A stretch of 33,153 nt of DNA from an uncultured Gemmatimonadaceae bacterium (GCA_964626245.1 CAZVDJ010000001.1:1-33153); one strand, 5' to 3'; positions 26,291-33,153 are shown, counted from the first letter of the stretch. Notes: generated by a model not told the origin, from the sequence alone. Numbers and translations: made by a program.

Positions 26291-26294
26291 ACGC

Positions 26295-26328
26295 GAGGCC
26301 CGCACCCGAACCAACGGCTGCGGGCCTC
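26295..26328 (+). terminator. Strong GC-rich hairpin; candidate intrinsic terminator or RNA-processing structure after the ABC operon
   Basis: gaggcccgca (26295-26304) pairs perfectly with tgcgggcctc (26319-26328). Three more pairs are possible inside the loop (ccg/cgg). There is no T-tract after it, so terminator function is uncertain. Confidence 0.45.
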
Positions 26329-26353
26329 TGCCGTTAGGGGGAGCATCCCCGAA

Positions 26354-26446
26354 GGCCGTCGCGAGCGTCGTGGCGAGAGGCCGTCGCGACCGGCCGTCGC
26401 GAGCGGCCGCGGCGACATCGCGCGATCTCGCGACGTCGCGAAATCC
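26354..26446 (+). promoter_or_regulatory. TCGCGA-rich repeat cluster / candidate UAS for the second sigma-54 promoter
   Basis: Five TCGCGA hexamers in 83 bp (26359, 26384, 26397, 26428, 26436). GGCCGTCGCGA occurs three times. There is a 20-bp near-perfect palindrome ATCTCGCGAC/GTCGCGAAAT at 26425-26444 (9 of 10 arm positions pair). Block 26411-26446 aligns with 20766-20803. Confidence 0.45.
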
Positions 26447-26549
26447 AGCGACGCGCAGAGGGGACCCGCAAAGGACGCACGACGCGCCCGCGTGGTGCAA
26501 GTCGCACGACGACAGCGACTTGGCGTGACGTGCCACGCGGAGGCGGGAC

Positions 26550-26565
26550 TGGCACCCGCGTTGCC
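26550..26565 (+). promoter_or_regulatory. Sigma-54 (-24/-12) promoter TGGCAC-CCGCG-TTGCC
   Basis: Read directly and confirmed by codon indexing. GG-N10-GC spacing is exact and the TGGCAC matches consensus fully. Its 3' end is 69 nt upstream of the OMP ATG (26635), on the same strand. Confidence 0.65.
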
Positions 26566-26634
26566 TTCTCCAGTGGCGTCGCCGCCAGCGGCGATACGCA
26601 CCCAACACCACACTCACGATCGACTCGCCTTCAT

Positions 26635-28035
26635 ATGCCCTCCGCCACCTTCGCGCCCACATCCCGCCCTGTCTGCCCGGTGTCGGCACACCAGCACCTG
26701 GTCCGCGCATCGGTCGCGGCCGTCATGCTCGTCCTGGCACGGCCGGCCACGGCACACGCGCAGCAGCCGCTCTCACTCACGTTAGGCGGCGCGGCCCGCA
26801 TCGCAGCGGACCGCGGCACGCAGACCGAGGCCGCCCGCGCACGATCGGCACAGGCCGATGCCCGCGCCGTGCAACGTCGCTCGGCGCTGCTGCCGTCACT
26901 CTCGACGTCGACGCAGTACAGCGCCCGGACCTTCAACACGGCCTCGCTCGGGCTCAACATGCCCACGCCCAGCGGCGAGCCGGCGTTCGACACACGCGGC
27001 GAGGTGCTGGGCCCCGTGCGCTCCACCGACCTGCGCACGCAGCTCTCGCAGCGCGTGCTGGACCTGCCTGCCCTCTATGGCTGGCGAGCCGCGGGCGCGG
27101 ACGCGGAAGCGGCGCGCTTCGGCGTGAACCAGGCCTCGGAGGAGGCGGCCGAGCGCGGTGCGCTGGCCTACCTGGCGGTGGTGCGCGCCGAGGCACGCAT
27201 CGCCGCGCGCAGCGCGGATTCGGCGCTGGCGGCAGAGCTGGTCGACATCGCGCGGCAGCAGGTGCAGGCAGGCGTCGGCATCGCCCTCGACGTCACGAGG
27301 GCCCAGGCGCACCTGGCCGACGCCAGGGCGCGGCTCATTGCGACCCGAAGCGATCGCGATCGTGGCCTCCTCCAGCTCAAGCATGAGCTGGCGTTGGCAG
27401 CCGAGGCGCCGATCACCATCGCGGATTCGCTCGCCGACCCCGGCTCCGAAGAGTTTGACGAAGATCCGTCGGGCCTGCTGCAGGCGGCCCTGGCACGCCG
27501 CGCCGACTTCCTCGAGGCGCAGGCGCTGAGCGTGAGCGCGTCGACCCAGATGCGCGCGGCCCGTGCCGAACGCTACCCGGTGATCTCGCTCTTCGCCGAC
27601 CAGGGGCGCAACGGCAAGGACGTCGATCGCCTGCTCGACACGTACTCGTACGGCATCCAGGTGTCCGCGCCCCTCTTCGACGGCTTTCGCGCCTCGTCGC
27701 GCGCCGCGGAGCAGAAGGGGCGTCAACGCGAGGCGGAAGCCCGCATGGCCGACACGCGCCGGCAGGTGGAGACCGACGTGCGCTCCGCGCTGCTCACGCT
27801 TCGGGCCACGCGCGAGGAAGTGGCGGCGGCGCAGGCCCGCCTGACGCTCGCCGAGCAGGAAGTCGCGCAAGCGCGCGAGCTCTTCAAGGCAGGGATCAGT
27901 GGCAACAGTGACGTGATCAATGCCTCCATCGGGCTCAATGGCGCTCGCGACCTCGTGATCGACGCGCTCGCCCGCTACCACCAGTCGCGCGTGGCGCTGG
28001 CCAACGCGCAAGGCACCACCACGCAGATCCGCTGA
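26635..28035 (+). CDS. TolC-family outer membrane efflux protein
   Basis: ORF 26530..28035 trimmed to ATG 26635, 466 aa. Signal-like VAAVMLVLARPATAHA/QQ. Duplicated OEP pattern (LSLTLGGAARIAADRGTQTEAARARSAQADA...; LLQAALARRADFLEAQALSVSASTQMRAARAERYPVISLFADQG...). C-terminal ARYHQSRVALANAQG. Confidence 0.85.
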   Translation: MPSATFAPTSRPVCPVSAHQHLVRASVAAVMLVLARPATAHAQQPLSLTLGGAARIAADRGTQTEAARARSAQADARAVQRRSALLPSLSTSTQYSARTFNTASLGLNMPTPSGEPAFDTRGEVLGPVRSTDLRTQLSQRVLDLPALYGWRAAGADAEAARFGVNQASEEAAERGALAYLAVVRAEARIAARSADSALAAELVDIARQQVQAGVGIALDVTRAQAHLADARARLIATRSDRDRGLLQLKHELALAAEAPITIADSLADPGSEEFDEDPSGLLQAALARRADFLEAQALSVSASTQMRAARAERYPVISLFADQGRNGKDVDRLLDTYSYGIQVSAPLFDGFRASSRAAEQKGRQREAEARMADTRRQVETDVRSALLTLRATREEVAAAQARLTLAEQEVAQARELFKAGISGNSDVINASIGLNGARDLVIDALARYHQSRVALANAQGTTTQIR

Positions 28036-28064
28036 TCACCCTGCCAGAATCCGAGGACCTTCGC

Positions 28065-28364
28065 ATGTCGTTCATGCGCTTCCTGTTCCCGCGCCCGCTC
28101 AGTGATGACACGGCCAGGGCCCGTGCACTCCAGCAGTGGCTTGCCACCGGCGTGGTCCCGGTGGCGCACATGGTCGCCGACCTGGGTGCCATGGGCGAGG
28201 CCACTGGAGAGTTCGAACGACCACGCCCGGCGGCCATTCGTGCCGGCTCCACGTTCCCCGCCCGTTCGGCGCACCCGCTGCCCAGCAGCCTCCACGACAC
28301 GTCCTGCCATCGCCCATGTCGCCTGTCACCCCAAACGTGCGCGTGCGTCCATCATCACCGGTGA
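28065..28364 (+). CDS. Small hypothetical protein (99 aa) with a Cys/His-rich C-terminal tail
   Basis: GAGGA at 28053-28057 lies 7 nt before ATG 28065. Third-position GC is roughly 80% in this frame by my count. The stop overlaps the next ATG by 1 nt (TGATG), the same junction style seen elsewhere in the window. The tail reads SCHRPCRLSPQTCACVHHHR. I recognise no family. The last 50 nt are frame-ambiguous by codon bias. Confidence 0.45.
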   Translation: MSFMRFLFPRPLSDDTARARALQQWLATGVVPVAHMVADLGAMGEATGEFERPRPAAIRAGSTFPARSAHPLPSSLHDTSCHRPCRLSPQTCACVHHHR

Positions 28365-29314
28365 TGCGACGCCTGCTGGGCCTCGCGGCGTGGTTCGCCA
28401 CGCTCGTGCCAGCCATCACGTGGATGGCCGGGCGGGACAGCACGTTGCGCCTGGTCCTGAGCGGCGGCGATTCGCTGCTCACGACCCGTGTGCATGCGCC
28501 ATTGCTGGGCCGCGTCTCGTGGATCCTGGCCGGGACGCTCGCGGCGACGCTTCCGGTGATGTGGACGCGTTCGATCACGGCCAGGCGGCGCGGGTGGTCG
28601 CAGTCGGCCGTGCAGTCGCTGGTGGCGGTGCCGCTGCTGGCGGCGGGCGTCGTGCTGGTCGTGCCGCACGGTGCCGTGATCTCGCTGGCGCTGGTGTCGC
28701 TGCTGGCCGCCGTGCGGGTGGGGCGCAGCGCGCGCCGGTCGACCGACGTCATCGCCCTGGGCGTGGTGACATCGGCCGGCATCTCGGCGGCACGCGGACA
28801 GCTGGCGGTTGGTCTCGCCGTGTGCCTGTCGTATTGCGCGGTGTCGCTGCTCTGTGCCTGGCTGGATGTGGCGCGCCGTCCCGTGCGCGGGTTGCGGCGC
28901 CGTTGGACGTCGCGCGCTCCGTCAGGTGCACGACGGGCGCGCGCGGCACTGCTGCGGGATGGAAGGGTCGCGAACCGGCGAGCCGTCGCCGAGGACTCCG
29001 ACGCAGCATTCCGGCTGGCGGCGCGCGCATGGCGCGAGCGCCTGGCCATCGCGTCGTCGCCGTCCGACCCGCAGCGCGACCCTCGCTTCAACGCCGTGCT
29101 CAGCATCCACTCGACGGATGGCGCGCGTGTGCAGGCGCGACTCGAGCGGATCCTGCGCGAGTGCACCAGACGCTGGGAACTGCGCGCCTGTGAGCCGGGG
29201 GAGGATGGGAGGACGGTCCTGCGCTACGGCATCCGCGTGCCGCGCACCTCACGCGGGCGGTTGCTCGACGCGCTGCAACGCTCGGCGATTGCCGAGGGAG
29301 TGGAGCTGAGGTGA
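28364..29314 (+). CDS. Hypothetical polytopic membrane protein (about 6 TM) with a roughly 120-aa C-terminal soluble domain
   Basis: ORF 28136..29314 trimmed to ATG 28364 (MRRLLGLAAWFATLVPAITWMAG...), 316 aa; ATG 28316 is the alternative start. High third-position GC from 28364 onward. The C-terminal region FNAVLSIHSTDGARVQARLERILRECTRRWELRACEPGEDGRTVLRYGIRVP... looks like a small alpha/beta (ACT-like) module. Confidence 0.6.
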   Translation: MRRLLGLAAWFATLVPAITWMAGRDSTLRLVLSGGDSLLTTRVHAPLLGRVSWILAGTLAATLPVMWTRSITARRRGWSQSAVQSLVAVPLLAAGVVLVVPHGAVISLALVSLLAAVRVGRSARRSTDVIALGVVTSAGISAARGQLAVGLAVCLSYCAVSLLCAWLDVARRPVRGLRRRWTSRAPSGARRARAALLRDGRVANRRAVAEDSDAAFRLAARAWRERLAIASSPSDPQRDPRFNAVLSIHSTDGARVQARLERILRECTRRWELRACEPGEDGRTVLRYGIRVPRTSRGRLLDALQRSAIAEGVELR

Positions 29315-32300
29315 TGACGAAGCCGAGGACCTTTCAGGCAGTCGGTCGGTGGGACGCTCCCGGGGGCGACGCCCTCGGGCGCCTGGTGGCGGAGGGGGCA
29401 CCGTTCGCGCTCTCCGTCACCACCCCGCGCCGCACCGACTTTCGCGATGTCTACTTCGATACGGCCGACGGCGCCCTCCTGGCACAGGACGTCAGCTGCG
29501 TCCTGCGCCACCATGGGGCGGGGCACGGTACGCTGGTGGTGGCGCGGGGCTTTGACGGGGCGAGCGATGGGCCGACGGGCGCCGGCACGGCGATCGAGAT
29601 CGGCCACTCCGCAGTCGAGGTGCTCACGCGCGACAATGCGGCCACGCGTCAGCTGCGGCCATTCGTGGATCCGTCTGCACTCGCGCCGTGGCTCGAACTG
29701 GCGACCACTCGTCAGGCGGTGCACGCCGCGTCGCGCAGGTGGTTTCGCAAGTCGTCCTACACGCTGGCCTCCGATACGATGACGGTGCGTGCCGCCGGGT
29801 TGTCGGCCGTCTTCCATGAAGTGGCGATGCACGTGCAGCGCGACGGACGCCCCGGCGCGGCGGACGTGGGCGAGGCGCTGGCCGCGCGCCTGGGGCTGCG
29901 CGCCTCAACGGTGGAGCGACGGGTGCGAGCGCACGCGTTGCGATCGGCGCTGGAGCATGAGGCGAGCGCGCGCCGCGTGCGTGACGGCGGTCGCGTGGCC
30001 ATGGTGGCGCTCGACGGCCCACGCGTGGCGGCGGTGCGCGACGCGTCGGGCTGGCGCCTACCGGTGCTCGAGGGAAGCGGAGAGCTGACCGCGCGCCTGT
30101 TGCTGCAGCGGATCCTTGGCACGTCGGGGGGCGACGTGCAGCTCGTCTCGACGACCGACGGTGACCGCGAAGGGCGGGCGCCGCTGGAGGTCTGGTCCTG
30201 CACGGGCCTCGATCACTCCGCGCTGGCCGTGGGGCGTGGCGCGGTGGCGTGGCTCCCGATCGAGGAGCTGCTGGCGCACATCGAGACGCGGGAGGTGCAC
30301 GACGCGGCGACGCGCGCCGCGCTCGTGTCGCTCACCCGGTCCGACACGCTCAGATGGCTGGTGTCGTTGCCCTCGACGGCGCAACCGAGTGGGCGGCGCG
30401 CGCCGCGACAAGGCGCGGAGCGACAAGGCGCGCCGCGCGAGGGAGCGGCCAGCGTGCCGGCGATCGACGCCGACCTGAGCCTGCTCTCGTTCAACGAGCG
30501 CGTGCTTTCGCTGGCGACGGACGGCGCCACCCCGCTCCTGGATCGGTTGCGGTACGTGGCCATCGTCGGGGCCAACATCGACGAGTTTGTCTCGGTGCGC
30601 CTGGGCCGCCTCCGGGCGCGCGGCCGCCCCGGCGGCGACGGCGAGATTGCGCACCCGGCACGCCAGCGGCTGCGGCGCGTACGCGCGCGGCTGGCGCGGC
30701 TGTACGCCGAGCGTGATGCGGCACTCACGGGGACGCTGGCGGCGCTTCGCGCCAGCGGCCTGGCGGTTGAGCGGCTGCAGGATCTCGGCGCCGCGGACCA
30801 GGCAGCGCTGGACGAGCAGTTCCGCGCGCTGGTGTATCCGCTGCTCACCCCGCGCGCCCTGTCAGCGCTCCCGGGGTATCGCCGCGGCGTGATCGCGGCT
30901 CGCCAGCTGCATCTCGCGGTCGTGCACCGGGAGCCCTCGACGGGACTTCGCCAGCTGGCGGTGGTGGCGATCCCGCCGTCGGTCCCGCACTTCCTCTCGC
31001 TGCCTGGCGGCTCGACGTTCGTGGCGCTGGAGGAGGTACTGCGGCGCCATGTGCCGATGCTCTTTCCCGGGCGCGTGCTGGACGGGGCATACGCCTTTCG
31101 CGTGGGGCGGCACGCCGACCTCGACCTGGACGAAGCAGTGGCCGGGAGCCTGCTGCACGCGGTGGATGAACACGCGCGCCGCCGGGCGCGGCGTCCGATC
31201 GTGCAGGTGGAGGTGGAGCCGGGGATGCCGCGCGACATCCGGCGCCTCCTCCTGCGTGAGCTGGCCCTCGAGCCGGGGGTGCGCGCCGCCGGACTCGACG
31301 AGGACGACGTCGTGGAGGTGCCCGGCTTCCTGGATGTGACTGGCTTTCGCCAGTTGGCCGACCTGCCACGGGCGGAGCTTCGCTTCGCGCCACACGGCGC
31401 GCGCGACCCGCTGGCACGCGAGGCGTGCCTGTGGACGGCGCTCCGTCGGGAGGACCTGCTCGTGCACCATCCCTACGACGACTTCGCCGCCACGGTGGTG
31501 CGGTTCTTCGAGGCCGCGGCCGACGACCCCGACGTGATCGCCATCAAGGTGTCGCTCTACCGCACCGGTGACACGTCGCCGATTGCCGATGCGCTGCGCC
31601 GCGCCGCGCTGGCGGGGAAGGAGGTGTCGGTCTTCGTGGAGCTGCGGGCGCGCTTCGACGAGGAGCGCAACGTGCATTGGACGCGGTGCCTCGAGGAGGC
31701 GGGAGTGCACGTCGTGCACGGGGTACCGGGGATCAAGACGCACGCCAAGGTCGCACTGGTGGTGCGCCGGGAGCCCGATGGCCCGCAACGCTACGCCCAC
31801 GTCGCGACGGGCAACTACAACGCCGCAACGGCTCGGCTGTACACCGACCTCGGTCTCTTCACGACGCGCACGCGGGTGTGCGACGACGTCACCGACCTCT
31901 TCAATGCGCTGACATCGGGCCAGGTACCCGACCACATCGGCTTTCGTGACTGCCTGGTGGCCCCTGGCGGCTTGGCCACTGACCTTGTCACGCGGATTGC
32001 CGGCGAGGCCGCGCATGCGCGAGCCGGCCGTCCCGCCCGCATTCGCCTGCAGGTGAACGGTGTGGCCGACCCGCAGGTGGTCGAGGCGCTGTACGACGCT
32101 GCACGCGCGGGCGTGGAGGTCGACCTCGTGGTGCGCGGCTTGTGCACGCTGCGCCCCGGGGTTCCCGGTCATTCCGAACGCATCCGCGTCGTGAGCCTCG
32201 TGGGGCGCTACCTGGAGCACGCCCGCATCTACACCTTCGCCAACGGGGGCCAACCCGCATATTTCATCGGTTCGGCCGACCTGCGCGCGCGCAACCTGCG

Positions 32301-32511
32301 GCGGCGGGTCGAGGTGCTGGTGCCGATCGTCGAGCCGGCGCAGTGCGAGCGGCTGGATGCGATGCTGGACGCGGCCATGGCCGACCCAACGGGTTGGCGG
32401 CTGCAGTCCGATGAGTCCTACACGCGTGCTGCAGCTTCGGCATGGGACGAGGCCAGCGCGCAGGCGCGCCATGCGCGTGGCATGCTCACGGAAGGGACGG
32501 AGGCGTCCTGA
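29314..32511 (+). CDS. ppk1: Polyphosphate kinase 1 with a roughly 385-aa N-terminal extension containing a CYTH (triphosphate tunnel)-like domain
   Basis: ORF track 29311..32511; ATG at 29314 overlaps the preceding stop. PPK1 hallmarks: LSLLSFNERVLSLATDGATPLLDRLRYVAIVGANIDEFVSVR (N domain), GIKTHAKVALVVRREPDGPQRYAHVATGNYNAATARLYTDLGLFT (phospho-His region), VSLVGRYLEHARIYTFANGGQPAYFIGSADLRARNLRRRVEVLVPI (C2 domain). N-terminal CYTH-like strands: DFRDVYFDTADGALLAQDVSCVLR, TAIEIGH, VFHEVAMHVQRDG, LGLRASTVERRVRAHAL. Confidence 0.85.
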   Translation: MTKPRTFQAVGRWDAPGGDALGRLVAEGAPFALSVTTPRRTDFRDVYFDTADGALLAQDVSCVLRHHGAGHGTLVVARGFDGASDGPTGAGTAIEIGHSAVEVLTRDNAATRQLRPFVDPSALAPWLELATTRQAVHAASRRWFRKSSYTLASDTMTVRAAGLSAVFHEVAMHVQRDGRPGAADVGEALAARLGLRASTVERRVRAHALRSALEHEASARRVRDGGRVAMVALDGPRVAAVRDASGWRLPVLEGSGELTARLLLQRILGTSGGDVQLVSTTDGDREGRAPLEVWSCTGLDHSALAVGRGAVAWLPIEELLAHIETREVHDAATRAALVSLTRSDTLRWLVSLPSTAQPSGRRAPRQGAERQGAPREGAASVPAIDADLSLLSFNERVLSLATDGATPLLDRLRYVAIVGANIDEFVSVRLGRLRARGRPGGDGEIAHPARQRLRRVRARLARLYAERDAALTGTLAALRASGLAVERLQDLGAADQAALDEQFRALVYPLLTPRALSALPGYRRGVIAARQLHLAVVHREPSTGLRQLAVVAIPPSVPHFLSLPGGSTFVALEEVLRRHVPMLFPGRVLDGAYAFRVGRHADLDLDEAVAGSLLHAVDEHARRRARRPIVQVEVEPGMPRDIRRLLLRELALEPGVRAAGLDEDDVVEVPGFLDVTGFRQLADLPRAELRFAPHGARDPLAREACLWTALRREDLLVHHPYDDFAATVVRFFEAAADDPDVIAIKVSLYRTGDTSPIADALRRAALAGKEVSVFVELRARFDEERNVHWTRCLEEAGVHVVHGVPGIKTHAKVALVVRREPDGPQRYAHVATGNYNAATARLYTDLGLFTTRTRVCDDVTDLFNALTSGQVPDHIGFRDCLVAPGGLATDLVTRIAGEAAHARAGRPARIRLQVNGVADPQVVEALYDAARAGVEVDLVVRGLCTLRPGVPGHSERIRVVSLVGRYLEHARIYTFANGGQPAYFIGSADLRARNLRRRVEVLVPIVEPAQCERLDAMLDAAMADPTGWRLQSDESYTRAAASAWDEASAQARHARGMLTEGTEAS

Positions 32512-33153
32512 TGCGCCATTTCTTCCTCCGCCTGCGCCGAGCGGTCGCCGCGGTGATGCTTGCCAGTGTCGTCCTCCTGGCAGGGGGCGCCGGGCGTCCT
32601 CCCGCCGCGTCTCCCACGGCGCTGGGGCGGTTCGACCTGCGGCGGCGCGCCGCACGGCAGGTGCCGCTCCCGTCGGAACTGCGCGAAGTCTCCGGGCTGG
32701 CCGTGGACGCGCGCGGCGCGCTGTACGCGCACGGGGATGAACGCGGCGTTATCCGCCAGCTGCACGCGGCCTCGGGACGCATCGTGCGTTCGTTTCCCAT
32801 CGGTGATCCCCCGGTCCGGGCCGACCTCGAGGGAATCGCCGTCGCCGGCCAGCAGCTGGTGGTCATGACAAGCGATGGACTGCTCTACACCGCCACTCTC
32901 GGTATGGAGGGGACGGCCGGCCCCTTCACGCGCACCGACACCGGGCTGGGGCCGTGGTGCGAGCTGGAGGGGATGGCGTACGACCACGCACGCGACCTCC
33001 TCCTCATCGGCTGCAAGCTGCCGGCGCAACCGACCGGCAACCGAAACGTGACGCTCTTCCGCTGGTCGCGCGCGGCCGGGCGCCTGGCCCAGCCGGACCG
33101 CATCACCGTGCCCATGTCCCAGGTCACGCGCGCGAGCGGGGTGTCGCGCTTTC
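32511..33153 (+). CDS. Secreted SdiA-regulated/YjiK-like beta-propeller protein, N-terminal 214 codons (continues past the right edge)
   Basis: Absent from the ORF track because it is open at the edge. My own translation from ATG 32511 (1-nt overlap with the ppk stop, TGATG) has no stop to 33153: MRHFFLRLRRAVAAVMLASVVLLAGGAG...LPSELREVSGLAVDARGALYAHGDERGVIRQLHAASGRIVRSFPIGDPPVRADLEGIAVAG... Signal peptide plus SGL / DxEGIA motifs. The family call is from recollection. Confidence 0.6.
   Translation, partial: MRHFFLRLRRAVAAVMLASVVLLAGGAGRPPAASPTALGRFDLRRRAARQVPLPSELREVSGLAVDARGALYAHGDERGVIRQLHAASGRIVRSFPIGDPPVRADLEGIAVAGQQLVVMTSDGLLYTATLGMEGTAGPFTRTDTGLGPWCELEGMAYDHARDLLLIGCKLPAQPTGNRNVTLFRWSRAAGRLAQPDRITVPMSQVTRASGVSRF

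Noticed and set aside
26250-26446. Repeat-rich intergenic region considered as a CRISPR array or a mobile/REP-like element.
   Set aside because: The repeat units are 8 nt with no spacers, or 6-11 nt at irregular spacing. There are no cas genes, terminal inverted repeats or target duplications. The position and spacing relative to a -24/-12 promoter fit a regulatory region better.
29980-30460. CHAD domain between the CYTH-like domain and PPK1, by analogy with CYTH-CHAD proteins.
   Set aside because: The segment is too short (about 160 aa). It is not obviously all-helical and lacks the repeated His/Arg-rich helices I associate with CHAD. The region is left unassigned, with only a tentative degenerate Nudix-like box noted.
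1-33153. Whole window as a horizontally acquired resistance island, given three efflux systems plus a metal RND operon.
   Set aside because: There is no integrase, transposase, tRNA anchor or flanking direct repeat. I see no visible compositional discontinuity. Codon bias looks uniform throughout.

Overview
Very GC-rich (about 70% by eye, not computed) gene-dense bacterial chromosomal segment. Many gene junctions are tight or overlapping (ATGA, TGATG, GTGA). I see no rRNA, tRNA, CRISPR array, transposase or integrase. The gene content (a PadR regulator paired with an ADOP-type duplicated orphan permease, many efflux systems) looks Gemmatimonadota/Acidobacteriota-like; that is inference only. 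Contents from left to right: (1) Minus strand: an OmpR-type regulator and a HAMP/HisKA kinase, followed by a czcCBA-type heavy-metal RND operon (TolC-like OMP, adaptor lipoprotein, CzcA/CusA-like pump cut by the left edge). (2) A DinB-family protein and a secreted S9 (DPP-IV-like) peptidase. (3) A polytopic membrane protein. (4) A PadR regulator translationally coupled to a 900-aa ADOP/MacB-like permease. (5) A TetR regulator translationally coupled to a 216-aa three-TM protein, then an AcrB-type RND pump with no adaptor gene nearby. (6) Two tandem paralogous GAF/AAA+/Fis-HTH sigma-54 enhancer-binding proteins (EBPs). (7) A YbhGFSR-like ABC-2 efflux operon: adaptor, two separate ATPases, two permeases. 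(8) A tightly coupled string of a TolC-like OMP, a 99-aa ORF, a 316-aa membrane protein, a 1065-aa CYTH-PPK1 fusion and a secreted SdiA-regulated/YjiK-like propeller protein cut by the right edge. The best-supported unusual signal is regulatory. Units (7) and (8) are each preceded by a near-consensus -24/-12 sigma-54 promoter. Each promoter has a conserved TCGCGA-rich palindromic block about 140 bp upstream, at the same spacing. A related TCGCGA palindrome sits in front of the EBP genes. Together this suggests a compact local sigma-54 regulon linking ABC efflux, an outer-membrane channel and an atypical polyphosphate kinase module. All family assignments come from motif recognition by eye; no searches were run.
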